Origin: Azolla caroliniana
Lineage: Eukaryota; Plantae; Polypodiophyta
NCBI GenBank assembly: GCA_043228905.1
Contig: JBHGNT010000015.1
Span: 19,034,001-19,098,000, forward strand
Length of the DNA stretch: 64,000 bases
Direction of reading: 5' to 3'
In this document: positions 39,801-53,212 of the stretch, in pieces
Position numbering within the stretch: position 1 is the first letter of the stretch
Layout: each line of letters begins with the position of its first letter
Notes under the pieces: model-generated
What the model saw: the letters and a program-made list of their open reading frames with translations, nothing else
Database searches by the model: none
What the model was told of the DNA's origin: nothing
Program-made: the position numbers and the translations under genes

Positions 39801-39924
39801 TTGAACATTGAGAGTCGCTACTCGTCTTCACACGTATCACGTGAAATGTAATATTTTTGGTCTCATAGGTCATATTTGACCTCTGAAGACGATAATATAA
39901 TCTCTCTCTCTCTCTCTCTCTCTC
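36881..39924 (+). mobile_element. Non-LTR retrotransposon copy 2, 5'-truncated and degenerate, head-to-tail with copy 1
   Basis: Begins tagcgatgaaaaagatcc, equivalent to copy 1 at ~33985. Frameshift near 38280, YAND in place of YADD, stops at ~38920 and ~39536, a 163-bp internal duplication, and the same 3' UTR with a (TC)n tail ending at 39924. Confidence 0.92.
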
Positions 39925-41176
39925 ATAAAATGAGAATCTAATTGTAGGTGTTGCATAATAGAGGGTATATTGTGACATCAAATTAAATTGCTATCAAATT
40001 TCATGGTCACGATGAAGTTATACATTTGTTAAAATGTGTTATTCACACACAAGCTAAAAGAGCATGCAATAATAAGAATCATGGCACAACAAATATTTAA
40101 ACCGAAAGATACGAACATCCACTTTCTTTGTGTGCACTTCATCACTAAAATTTGAATCAAAACTTTGGAGATCTACTTCTTGGACCTCTAGATATCACAT
40201 CCACAAGGCCATAAGATCAAGCATTTTCTCATACTATAAGGACATTATCTTGAAAGTTAATCATTAGAGAAGAAAATAATTCCATTTCTATTTGAAGATT
40301 TGTCAAGTGTAGACATTATCATTCTTGATACTTATCATTTTATCAATAGATGGATTAAATTGTGGCATGTAGTACTATAATTTTGTTACAAAAAAAATAT
40401 GATTGTCGTGTCATCAACGGTGCATAGTGTGGACAATTCCAACTCATGTGCATCCTTACAATTTCATGAGTGTCAAAATTGATAGGATTTTACCAAGCAT
40501 TTTTAAGACATAAAAGTTCATGCATATTTGTCGGAACAACAAGGCAAGTTCTGAACTCCAATGCCTTGCTTTAGTAACACACAATGATAGTCAATATAAA
40601 TTGAGCATGAAATGTTCATGCACACATATGGTCAAATTGAATCCATAAACTTAAGTATTCAAATTTGAGCAAAAAACACAATGGTGCTATGATAAAAATA
40701 TATGCATTCAACTAGAGGGAGGAAGAAAAACCTATATAACATTAAGATTCAGATGTGTAAGGGGAATTGGGGAGGGTGGAGGAAGAAAACAATTTTGTAA
40801 GTGTGTGCAAGTGGCTTTACTTTGAAAAAGGATAAAAGAGCAACATGTTTATTGTATATTTTATGCTTTTACCACTTATCTAAGCCTTATTAAGTGTTAA
40901 AATTGTACGCAACATTACTTGACATAAAACAGAATCCCCCCTAATCACTCTCGACCAAAGTTCCAATGCATGTCGACATATGTGACACTCCATGTCCCAA
41001 CATTCTCGCTAAAAAGAAGTATGAAGAATTGCTCGTATGATGCATTTGATTTCACAATTTAACACAAACAGAAAAAGATAAATGGAAAAGGGTGGGTCTT
41101 GAGTAGTTCTCGTCCTTGTGAAGTACATGATGGGACTCGGAAGCCCCCTTAAATTGGAAGGGGATGATGCTACATG

Positions 41177-44100
41177 TAGGAATCGGCAACGGCTCGGTTT
41201 AGGCTTAGCCGGTTTGGCCTTATCCAAGCCAAACCAGCTAAGCCTAAACCGTTTAATGGTTCTCAAACTTGAACCAAACCGAACCGAACCAGTCCCTAAA
41301 CTGGTTTAGGCTAAACCGGTTTAGTCTAAACTGGTTTAGGAAACGGTTTGGAAAGCGGTTTGGGAAGCGGTTTGGATTATTGTAACTTGACAAATTGAAA
41401 TATATGTTAAATCCTCCTAACCCTAAACAAGTAAAACACTGAACAATTAGTGAACAAGTAAAACACTAAAGACTTGATGAAGACCGATAAAAACAAGTAA
41501 AACACTGAACAATTAGTGAATTTAAGGACGATTGAAACAGTTTGCAAGGATCAAAATGTCTCTTTAGTACCAACAATAGCATGAAAACAAAATCAATGAA
41601 AAAGAATTTAAAGAAAAACAAGACAAATGTCTCATAGTTTAAAAAAGACTAGAAAACTTACAATGAGAAAATGTAAATGTTTACTATTCAAAAAGTGTAA
41701 GAAATCATTAGTTGTTCGAGTTGGTTATATTCCAACCATTTTCACTTGTCCAAATACAAGTATTCAATAACATCATCCTCTGCCATCATCTCTTCTAAAT
41801 TGATATCTAAACTATTATAGGCATCATTAATATCTTCCGGTAGAGGAATGTTTACATTGTCAAGCAAATCTACCCAAGATCGTATACACATTTCTGCCTT
41901 GAAAGTGCATGAATGCAACCGGTACCTATCTTCAAAGTTATCACGAGCTTCGGAGTTAGCTTCCTCTGAAGGCACCGATGAAGCTGGAATTGCTAAATAA
42001 TCACATGCCATTTTGTACATCCTTGGAAAAGTAGTTCTGTTTCAAATGGCCAAAAAAGATAATGTTAGATTGTGTTTCTTAATTACCAACAATAGCAACA
42101 AATGTGTTTAATAAAATATGATGCAATATTGATGAAACCTATTTGTAAACCACCAATGTAGAACGTCAGATATGGTAGTCTTGGATCGTGGAAGCTTCAA
42201 AAAATCTTCAATTTCTGACCGGATTGATGAATCATGAGATTTCTCATTGGTCATACACCAAAACTCCATATATTCAAATTGAGATCCTTCACATGCATCA
42301 TTGGGTGGAGAATCTTCGACATTAGGATCATGATATTCTGATGTTAAAACAGTTTGCACCAACTCTACATCAAGGTCTCTCTCGATTGGATTTGTTGGTT
42401 TTGGAACTCTACATTCAAATATAAGACACTATTAGTACAAAAAAAATATTAAAAAAGGGAAATTTTCAATTAAAACACATACCTAGGGTCAAGAAACATT
42501 GTGATTCGAGATGGAACAGATTTCAAAGATTCTTGGTACTTGATTAGATATTGTAGGAAATTGGTACTAGCCTCATGTTGCACTTGACGAGTAATCTTCT
42601 CAGAGGGTGAGTCAACGGAGTTGATATCCATAGATATATACTTATTACAATGTGATAATAAGTGGTTGAAGGCAAGCGCTGCTAGTGAGAGGGTTGGGTA
42701 CTTTGACCCACTCAAGTGATTACAAATTTTGGCAGGCACTTGTAACCATTGTTCCATACTTTGTATATGATTCCAATCTTCTATGGAAAGTGTATAGTCA
42801 ACGAACTCATTAGCAATGGCCTTGTCACTTGTGGTACAAATCAAGACATCTCTTAACTTTAGGGATTGTTGATACATAATTAGAGTTGAATTCCATCTAG
42901 TAATGCAATCTAGACATGGTGGTTCATGTTCCCCATTCTCATGCATGGTTTTTGAATATTTTTTAAATATAGCTCTATTCACTTTACTTGTACGTATAGA
43001 ATGTAATGTCTTCCTTAACTTCATAGTAGAAGGAGTAATAGCTTCTAATGCAGACTTTACACCAAGTTGATAGGTATGCACCATGCATCTTAACATATGT
43101 GATGGTTGTAAAATCTCTTGTCCATGATGGCTAAGTAATAATCGAGCCAATTCTTTTGATGCAACTAGAGACTCACTAGCACCATCAGAAGTTGTAGATA
43201 AAATACGTGAAGAGATATTAAATGACTTTAGACGCGAGAATAAAGCTTGCCCGACACGTTTTCCTACCCCATCTCCCGGAAAGACATCTAGAAAGTCTAA
43301 GAGCACACTAGTTGGCTTACTAGACTCCAAAGAGACCCAATGTAATGTCATGGGATAAAATCCTTTCAAACTATTATTTGTCCACCCATCATAAGTTATA
43401 GCATATCTAAAACTTTGTGAGGACAAATAACTAATAACTAAATGACGAAGAACAACATACATTCGTAACACTAATCTTTTAAGTGTACGAGCTGATTTAA
43501 GTTGATAATTGGGCAAGATATCATGCATTAATCTTTTAAAACTAGGACACTCAATATGTGCATGAGGTAGCATTGATGTAACTATATATCTAACAATAAT
43601 GCTATCCAATCTCTTCTCTTGAGTACGAGATATAGCTAATGTAGATATAGATGCATCTATTTGAGTTTGGACAAGAACACTATTAGAAGCTTGTTGTTGT
43701 GATGTGCTATTAATATTATGCTTATCTAATAAATGCTTAGCAATAGAACCTGTAGATGTAGAGCTTGACCATAACAAGTGACAATAAGCACATCGACGTT
43801 TAGATACATCTCCCTCCTTGATGGTGACCATGTGTTGCTCGGTCCATGAACTTCTTTTTCTTGTCCTTGATATGCTTCGAGGGACAGATATTGATGTTGC
43901 ATCTGTGGGTGGAGAGAAATGAGTTGTAGCTTGGCTATCTTCCATGTTTATGTATGTACCTATACATAAATTAAAAAAACATTGAATATTCAATAAAAAT
44001 AAGACAAAAATTTTCATTCAATAAAAATAAGACAAAAAATTGATATATCGGATCATCTCAATATGATTACAGCCCATGAGTATATTGGATCATCTCAATT

Positions 44101-45010
44101 TCAAACCTTTGGAAAGCAATTAAGTACAAATTGTTAAGTACCATTATGTTGATCATTCTCTTCAAGTCAAATCCTCCACCACTACAACGATGTTGTCTCA
44201 TAGTTCTAGCAATTTACAAGCTAGACCACTGCCAAAGCTTTATTGTGAGTAATGAATGTCCCATAATTCCCTTTCCCACGAGGACCCGAGCATAGGATTT
44301 GATATGGTACCAGTCATTGAATGACTGTCATACACCATGCGCATGTCATATTGGCACACTATTGGAGAACAATGTTGGCAATGTTGAGAACAAGAAGTAG
44401 TACATTTTGTGGTTTCTTCCCAGGATGGATATTAAACAAAATTAGTGGGCTTCACAGTATTTTATCCATTTTTAAGACAATTACAGATATCATTGCCTAT
44501 CAGCATAGCACTTTTGTATGCCAAATAGGGTAGTTTGTTTCACACAGTTTGGCAGAATCTGATAACAAGGTGCTAAAGGTATTGTGGCATCCAGAAAAAG
44601 TGGATATGGATGGATCGCAGAAAGGAACCAAGAAGGAAACGAATATTAATTTGAAGTTTTGGTACATCAGTCTCCCTCTCGAGCCCCTCTCCGAGCTCTC
44701 TCTCTCTGATCTCTGTAGACTGTAGATTGTGAGTCGTAGTGTAAGACTTAAGTCTTAAGACTGTAGACTTTAACCTTTTTAAGTGTTTTAACTTTTTAAG
44801 TGTTTTAACTTTTACTGTGACCTAATTTTAATAATCGGCTTAGCCGGTTTGAGCCGGTTTAGCACAACTTGAGCCGAGCCGAGCCGAGCTCAAACCGTTT
44901 AACCCGACTCAAACCTAAGCCGAGTCGAGCCGAGCCGCCAAACCGCCAAACCGGTCTAAACCGGTTTATCTAAACGGTTTAGGCTTGAGCCGAGCCGTTG
45001 CCGATTCCTA
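41177..45010 (-). mobile_element. Full-length hAT DNA transposon (3834 bp)
   Basis: Perfect 21-bp TIR TAGGAATCGGCAACGGCTCGG. Perfect 8-bp TSD gctacatg at 41169-41176 and 45011-45018. Subterminal aaccg/gagcc repeats and an internal transposase. Confidence 0.97.
41742..43945 (-). CDS. hAT transposase, 3 coding exons, ~675 aa, apparently intact
   Basis: Exons 43945-42483, 42408-42139 and 42036-41742 with GT-AG introns total 2028 nt and stay in frame. BED finger CAYC...KHLLDKH, TYDGWT, TSDGA, CMVH, TRWNST and YLAIPASSVPSE. Confidence 0.9.
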
Positions 45011-45438
45011 GCTACATGGGCACTATTTTATGTGTGGTGTGTCATGTGAATACACTTTACATGTTTGATATGATTATTGCCATTGGGATCTAAATATATT
45101 ATGTATGATACCTCGATTCGAACTAGATATGCATTACTTCACGTCACTTAAAGATTGATCCTTTGTGGAAATAGACATTTTCATTACTTCTCTCCAATTT
45201 GAGGTACAAAGGCAATTGCCAACGATCTTTCTATATACGAAATTTCGGGTTATAGAAGGGAATCGGACATGAGTGTTTCCCCTCATCCGGCTCGAATAGC
45301 TTTATCTAAACGCAAAAATTCGTTTGAGGGTATTTTAAATTTTTGTTATCCACTATTAGGAAGGCCATAATCAAAGAGAACAAACACATCACACTACTCA
45401 ATCTGGTCCTTTATTGATATATCTTTCTACTTGCCCAT

Positions 45439-45625
45439 TCACAGTGCGGAAATTGTAAATACCAAAATATAAATACTTTTGTGCCGAAGGAAACTCGAAC
45501 TCACAATGTGGAAATTGTAAATACAAAAAAATATAAATCTTTGTGCCGAAGGAGACTCGAACTCACAGTGTGGAAATTGTAAATACAAAAATATAAATAC
45601 TTTGTGCCGAAGGAGATTCGAACTC
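45439..45625. repeat. ~62-bp tandem repeat, 3 copies
   Basis: tcacagtgtggaaattgtaaatacaaaaatataaatacttttgtgccgaaggagactcgaac x3 with small variations. Confidence 0.9.
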
Positions 45626-45769
45626 TCGTTCCTCCAAATCTCTTTCTACATGCGGGAAATTTAGATATAAAATATAAGCCATGGATAACCAGTGGCGCTT
45701 GAACCCAAGTGGCCGGGTCAGGAGGTGCCACTTGGCACCCATCGTATGGCCATTGGCTGGGGTGTCTGA

Positions 45770-45974
45770 CACGTGGTCGCCAGCAAGGCCTGAACCTGCC
45801 ACGTGGCGGTCGCTGGGGCGTGCAGACTGCCACGTGTCTGGAGAGGGGAGGACCGAAAACTGAAAAGATAGAAAAAAAGGGAAGGAAGGATAAGAGGGGG
45901 GCGATGACGTGGCGAGGGGGTCTAGCCAATAGGACGCAAGGGCCCATTATCCAAAATTCGAAAATGCCACGTCA
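45770..45974 (+). promoter_or_regulatory. PsbP promoter: G-box/ACGT cluster, I-box, CCAAT
   Basis: CACGTG at 45770, 45800 and 45831; GATAAG 45889; TGACGTGGC 45905; CCAAT 45926; GCCACGTCA 45966. All lie within ~310 bp of the ATG of a photosynthesis gene. Confidence 0.75.
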
Positions 45975-46079
45975 TCACTCCGCGAGAACGAAGAAGAAGC
46001 AGCTGCAGACGAGCTCCTCATCGCCATCGCCATCGCCATCGCCATCGCCATATCCTTCTCTTTCTCCTTCACCATATCC

Positions 46080-49000
46080 ATGGCTTCTTCTGCTTCTTCT
46101 TCTTCTTCTCCGGCTGCTCTTTCTTTCTCCAACCTCTCTTCCTGTTCTTCTTCCTCCATCGCTGGATCTCCTGTCTTTCGGAGCACCTCCTCCTCCATCC
46201 GACCTCCTACTTCAGCTCCACCTTCCGTTCCATCGCTCCTGGTCTGCAGATCTCAGAAATCCTCAGTCGAGGGAAAGGAATCTTCTTCTACCATATCTCG
46301 TCGATCTGCGCTCTCCATCGCTGCTGCTGCTCTCGCCATAGTCACAGCCGCAGAAAAATCTACAGCTCCAGCTCTAGCTGCTTATGGAGATGCAGGTAAG
46401 TGTCATCTCAAAATATTCAATATGATCTGATTCTTTACTTTCAACTTTCTCATTTATACTTTCTCCTCTTCCTCCTCCATCCTCTTATTCCTCTTATTTG
46501 TTTCTGATTTTCCTTTTACTTATTCTTCATTCCAATTTCCATTCTCCGCGTTTTTGTGATTTTGCATTGTCATCCTCATTATCGTCTCTAGCATATTCAT
46601 TTCTGCTGGTTTGGTCTGCACTATCATGATTATGATCATCTTCGTCGTTTACTTTCTTGCTGTCTTCACCTATTTGTGCTGCGTTTACTCCCTTTTCCCC
46701 TTACTGTTATCCTTGCTTTTTGCTGCTGCATTTTTATTCGTTTTTCTTGCAATTGGCTCCTTTCTCTTCTGCATTTCACCTCCTCCATTTCTGGATTCAC
46801 TCGTTTCTGCGACATCTGCTTCTTTGTCGTTCTTTCAGTTCTCATTTTGCTATTAACACATCTTCCTCTTTCAGCGAACATTTTCGCTGCTCCCAAGAAA
46901 GACTCAGGCTTTGTTCCTGTCACTGGTGATGGCTTCAAGGTCAGCATTCCTGCCAAGTGGAACCCTAGCAAGGAGCAAGAGTTTCCCGGCACAGTTCTGA
47001 GATATGAAGACAACTTCGATGCCAACAGTAACCTTGCCGTCCTCGTTCTCCCTGCTGAAAAGGGTTCCATCAAGGATTATGGAACTCCTGAGAAGTTCCT
47101 AGAGTCCGTGAGTGCTCTCTTTATCTCTCTTTTATATCCTACGTATCTGTAATTTGATCTTTTAACTCTCTATCCTTTTATTTCCAAAAGATCTGTGAAT
47201 TGTTCTCTCAACTTGTCTTCTTTTCATCTAGAGATATGTAGATTGTGCATAGAGTGAGAAAAAGCTTTTCATGGCAATGTATCATCTGGTCTATTTTGAT
47301 CTCCGTAGAGATATTCATACATCTCTCCCTCTTTCACACATTCTTTTTCACTTTAAGATCTGTAAAGGTTCTACTTATGGAACAAAACTTTCAATTGTAA
47401 CCTCTTCGTAGTCTCGTGACTCCTTTGGACCTCTAAGAGAAGTTGATACATCTTTCTTTCTTTCTCTCTTTTCTCATAAAGGTCTGTAAGTTCTTGCATA
47501 GATGAGAGATCTTTCTATTGTAATCTTGCTTTGGTGCATGTGTGCTACTTTGGCCTCGAAGATACATCTGTTGATACATCTTTCTTTCTTTCTTTCCATT
47601 TTCCTTCATTTAATCTTCTCTTCTCATAAAGATATGTAAATTGCTATATAGATTAAGACAAATCGTTCAATTGTAATTTCTGTTACGGTCTCATGAGCCA
47701 TTTTTGTCTCCACGAGATGTGGTGCATTTTATCTTCTTTTAAAGATTTGTAAATTGTTGCATGATTGGAGTTCTGAGATACAGAATTCATGCTCTTTTAG
47801 GTGTCATTCCTGCTCGGCAAGCAAGCTTATTCTGGCAAAACGATTTCTGAGGTAATGCCATCAACCACTCATGCATTTGCTGTTTCTTGATTCAATGCCG
47901 TACTCTATTAAAACGGTAATAGAGAATCTCTCAATTGTCCAAATGTTAAACACAAGCATTTAGCTTTGTAATGTTAGATTGAGTAAGTCTGATGATTAGA
48001 TCCATAGGAAGTCATCTTTGTGCAATGTGAGATGGAGAAAATCTGATGATTAGACTCATTGGAACTTTGATGGACACAACGATTCTGGTGTATGGCACTT
48101 TTGACATTTGATGTAATTTTTTCTATCAATATCAACCTCTTTGGGCCGCCCTTGGATCAGTTTGAACTTCAGGGATGCTAAAAACTTCAAGCTGTTAGGA
48201 TTTCTGAGGCCTCATTGAATATTAGCATATCTCATTGTACGATGTGTGACCTGTATCATGCAATGGTTCTTGATACATTCTAGAACCTTTATTTAGCTTC
48301 TTGTATCAATATCTATATGTTTTGACACCCTAGGATTTATTCAGCTACATCTCAGGTTAAGACTTCTTGCTAGGATTCGTTATGTTGCTTCATACATTTA
48401 ATGCAACATTTTTGTAAGTTGTTGCAACTATGCCAACTTTCTCTCCCCCAAGAACATGTTAGGCTGCATTGATTATTACATTTCTAGTTAGGAGTTGTCA
48501 GGCCACATTGGATATTAGTCATTAGCATCATTATATTTTGGTTGGTCGTCACTGTGATGCCAATGATTCTTTGATATATGCTAATTCACGAATTGTATGT
48601 AGCTTCTTTTATCAATACCTTCTTGATTCCTTAGGATTTGCTAGTCTACATTGAATGTGACACTTCTTGTCATGCTTTTTTTGGGGTGACATTGAGTGTT
48701 AAACTTCTCTAATGCTCTTATGTATGTTACTCAAACCACATGATGCATAAAACTCTATGCTTAATGGCAAATTAACCAAGATAGACTTTCGATTGGGATT
48801 AATTTAACACCACCAAGTTCTGACTTTTCATGCCTTTGCATTCTTTTGAAGGGAGGATTTGATCCTAATGCTGTGGCCATTGCTTCTATTCTTGAGAGCT
48901 CTACTCCCACCATCGATGGCAAGGATTACTACAACATCTCTATTCTCACAAGAACAGCTGATGGTGATGAGGGTGGCAAGCATCAGCTCATAGTAGCTAG

Positions 49001-49112
49001 CGTCTCTGGTGGTAAGCTCTACGTCTTTAAAGCTCAGGCCGGTGATAAGAGATGGTTCAAAGGTGCTAAGAAGTTTGTAGAAGGATCTGCTAACTCATTC
49101 AATGTTGCATAA
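46080..49112 (+). CDS. PSBP: PsbP, 23-kDa oxygen-evolving complex protein of photosystem II, 4 exons, ~286 aa
   Basis: Exons 46080-46395, 46875-47107, 47801-47851 and 48852-49112 total 861 nt in frame. Ser-rich transit peptide, twin-Arg SRRSALS, ALA|[59 protein letters not shown]. Confidence 0.96.
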
Positions 49113-49161
49113 AAAATCCTTCCTTAAACTTCCTGGTATGTAATATACAACAATGCATTGA

Positions 49162-49258
49162 TCAAGTTTCAGAATGCAATGGTGTATTATCAAGTTTCAT
49201 AATGCAATGATGTATTATTAAGTTTCATAATGCGATGATGTATTCTCAAGTTTCATAG
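49162..49258. repeat. 28-bp tandem repeat (~3.5 copies) in the PsbP 3' UTR region
   Basis: tcaagtttcataatgcaatgatgtatta variants at 49162, 49190, 49218 and 49246. Confidence 0.8.
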
Positions 49259-51211
49259 TGCTATGATAGGGGGAATTGAGGTTATTGAATCTTGGCCACT
49301 GAGCTTGTTTGTGTTGTTTTTTTGTTTCTGCCGGTATAGAAACTAAAGTTTGTTTATTTGCGACGCTGATTGTCCAGACAATGTAATTGTGATGTTTGAA
49401 TGTAGTAATTTTTGTTTGCTTTATGATCTGTTCAAATAGATTGTATGACAATAATACGCCATTCAGACTATGATTATCTGCAGTAGTGATCAGCAATTGT
49501 TAGGTTCCCACAATCTCAAACTCAAATTGTTAAATGTTTTTGAAACTTTAACTGATGAAATCTATAAAGCAAAACTGTTTAAATCAAACCATTTGATGAG
49601 TTTTCAAGCTCAAACCACACGCTTAAAGAGATCTATAAGACATTAAGCCATGGTTTAATTTCTGCTCAAACTAAAATATTGGCGGTGGCACACTTAGTTT
49701 TCTAACTTTTCAATAAAGAAATTTAAAACTGACAAGAACTGTTAAGGCTTTAAAGCTAATATGTAGTTCATAATGATATTACATTTACATAATTTATTAG
49801 GTTAATTTATATATTTAATAGATATTTAAAAGTGTCCCCCCCAATTGTGAAGTCATTAAATTGTTAATATGTTAAGCCCATAAAGACTCAAGTCGAACCA
49901 TATTTAGCCATACCGTATTTTGCATTGGTGTCAGCATGAGTGTTAATTTTTTCTTGTTGAAAAATCAATCTTTCCATAGTTCATTTGCCACCAATTCTCA
50001 AATTGGGCAAGAAGAATAGGGAAAGCGAAAATAATGATCATTGAACATGAGCATACTATCACCCTTGCCCTAAGTTACCACAAGTGTGATCGACTTCCTC
50101 ATGAGAAAAAATATGAATGTTTAATTAATGGCCAAGTTGAAGATTATCAATGATTTGTGACTAAGTTGCTTGTAATTAGAATTTGTATAGCTAGAAATAG
50201 TGATAGATATCTTTAAGGTGAAAATAACATGAATGAGTAATGCCCAAGTTGAAAAGACCTAGACAAGATAGGACAAAAGTTCTCCATATTGTAAATACAA
50301 GCTACAAAGAAGACTCGCTTAAATAGTAATGATCAACGCTATTGCATAGGGTGCGAGAGATTTAGAAGATGGAAGATACAAAATAGAAAGAGTGTTAGGG
50401 TTGATCTTTGAGTTTTGGTGTAGCGTGTCAACGATCAATGACCACATCACCTTTTGTTATCGTATTCCTCCCACTTGCCCTCAGCCCTCATGATTCGCTA
50501 CCCATGGCCATAAATCCCAAAATGACCATCCTTGGTAATGAGCTCTCTTCCTCCCTTAGACCACCTCTTGTTGCCCTTAAGGGAGTTTGAACCTTTATCC
50601 TTATTGATCAAGTGGTTAGCCTAGCTTCTATTGTTGGTTTAATCCCCATCTCCTTTGAACTCCTTTATATTACTCCTTCAACCAAAATCTTAACCTATTA
50701 TAAATATTAGATTTCATGCATTTTGTTTGCTCGCACACACCACATCATGACCATGCTAAAATGTTTTCATCATGACATCTATTATTGTCACGTTTGAACA
50801 CTATGTAATTGTCTATGTTTCATAAAAGTGATGCACCAATATTTATATGAGAGTTCTTAATTGTCACATTTAATCTTTTGTAACGATGTTGACTAGTTCT
50901 CATGTATAATATTGATATTTTGTTAATCATATTGCTATTGTTTACATTGACCTTTTGGGTTATTGATGATCACATTAAAAATGTTAATCAACATCACACA
51001 TGGAGTTCTTATCATGACTTTTAGTGATAATACTCTATAATTGTTTAATGTTGTTTTTGAGTGTGTTAGTAATAACAATCTATTAATTTTAATGATCAAT
51101 ACATGCATTACTAATGTTGATTGCGGTTTCTTATCAATGTGATTAGTTATATTTCACGATAAATTACTCGACTTTCTTGAGAAGGCATATCTTTATATGT
51201 TACCCAATTTC

Positions 51212-53212
51212 TTTTTTTTTTCCCCCAAAAAAACTCCTTCCACTAGTTATAAAATTTTACAAATGAGATCATTATGTACAAATCCCTTTAGGGACGCGAT
51301 AGTTCTATCTTATGTGGATGCCCACTGACTCAAGAAAGGGAGAGGAAGACCATTGTTGGATGAAGGCTATTCATTGTCTTTCAACTCCATCGGAGCCGCC
51401 CTTGAGGCCATCATATTGGCTCTTTAGAGTGGCTACAATTTCACACTATATCTCTTGCAGTATCATCGTTGGATGTGCGGTTTGGTTGGAGAAGACCCGT
51501 CTACACCGTTGTTTCAATAGAATCCAGAGAGTTATTGGGCTGATCAATTCCAACACAACTTGAGATTTGTCATTAAGAGGAGTTGAGTGGACATTGCCTA
51601 TGGTGGAAAAGAAAACCTCTTGTGATTTTATCACGAAAGTCATCCCCTCCTGATGCTTGTATCTACCAACTGGGTTTTGCCATGATAGCCAACATATATG
51701 TCCCCACTTGATTGAGCCTTGCACCTGGCATAATTGCAACAAGCGGCCAACCCCCCGTCATATTCGATGGGACGCTGGGTAGTCCCACAGAGCGTGTCGT
51801 ATTGATTTTACTGCATTTCGGCACTCTACACAATTAGGAGAGCTAAGGTTCCCACGTGGCCATGCTCCCACCGGTAGTGACTTATGTATTAATAACCATT
51901 GGAACGTGGTAATTCGCCTCACGTGTTGTTGTCTCCAGATTTTCTACCAAAACTTGGTGATAATTGTGTGAGGAACTTGATATGTGTGCCAAACCTTTGC
52001 AGCAGCCGACTCTCTGGCGGTTTGAGCAGCTAGAATGTGGCGACCCAATCTAGTTGTGAATTGGAAGAAAGGGACGGGTTTGCTTCCTTGCCCCGCGTAA
52101 GGATCACACCATGTCCATTGCAAAGGGTCCCAACTGACCTTACGGAGCCATGTGTTTTCATGAGTACATATGTGCCAATCGGGTTGTACTTTGATCGGAT
52201 CAAGATCTACAATCCATTTATAACCAGTATACACGAGTACTCGAATTGCGTTATTCTGTGTTGGTGTCTTAGTGTCTCGCAATTCAGAGCCTTCGATCCT
52301 GTTTGGTGTTCCCTTACCTCTCAGGATCAAAGATCCCTCCTCCTCATAGTCTATCCATTTCTTCATTGTCGTCCTTTGAGTAGCAACTTCCCTAATCAGT
52401 AGAGCGTTAATGATTTCCAATCTCATAGTCCATCCGCCCCTGATTCCATGGAGTATGTTGGCTTGATCTTGTTGTGGCAGTGACATAAAGCGTCTTCAAC
52501 ATTCTATACTTTTTCCTGGACCTTCTGCAATGTATCCCCATGACAACCTCTTACTTGATCCAAGTAGTTGATTAGATTTATCCTTGATACATGGGTTCCA
52601 TAGGATATGTTGACTGAGCCAGGCAGGTTCGGAATTCGGTTGATCGCACTTGAGCCCTCGTCTAATGTCACACCATGCCTTCCACATGGATGCACTGAAT
52701 CTATCCTCCAATTGGCGGGAGAAACTAGGTTTGAGATCCATGCTTAGAATCCATCCCGTTTGGGGGGCCCAATTGACCCCTTTTCGTGGCCTAAAGTAAG
52801 CGAAACGTAACCTCAGTAGCATCTTCCAACAATCATTTCCTGGTTGAAGTCCTCGCACCACAAATTTGGCAAGTAAGGCTTTTGATTGTGAAAGGGGATC
52901 AATAAGACCCAATCCCCCTCTCGACTTAGGTGCTGTGAGTATAGGCCACACCACCTTGGCGTGAGGTACATGATCTTCCTTACCAGACCAAATGTAGTTG
53001 CCTACCAGTCGTTGAATCTGATGTATACTTTCCTTGGAGATTGTCCAACATGATAGATTGTACCATGCTGTTGCGAGTAGTACCTGGTTTGCCACTATGA
53101 TGTGACCCGATAGCGATAGTTTTTTCGAACTCCAATGTATCAACTTTTGTTGAATGGAATGGATAACGGGTGCCATCATAGTCTCCATTGGTATGTTGAA
53201 ACCAATTTGGAA
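51212..53212 (-). mobile_element. 5'-truncated L1-like LINE (3' part of ORF2) with poly(A) and 10-bp TSD
   Basis: T-run at 51212-51221 is the poly(A) on the minus strand. acccaatttc at both 51202-51211 and 53213-53222. ORF fragments LGFQIG...KLIHWSSKKLSLSG...PKSRGGLGLID, and a zf-RVT-like Cys region near 51750-51900, with stops. Confidence 0.85.

Noticed and set aside
33130-39981. Antisense and alternative-frame ORFs within the LINE copies
   Set aside because: Shadow ORFs of long coding sequence with no independent motifs.
45501-46341. ORFs of 148-210 aa overlapping the PsbP promoter and exon 1
   Set aside because: GC-rich promoter and low-complexity transit-peptide sequence read in alternative frames, with no domain signal.
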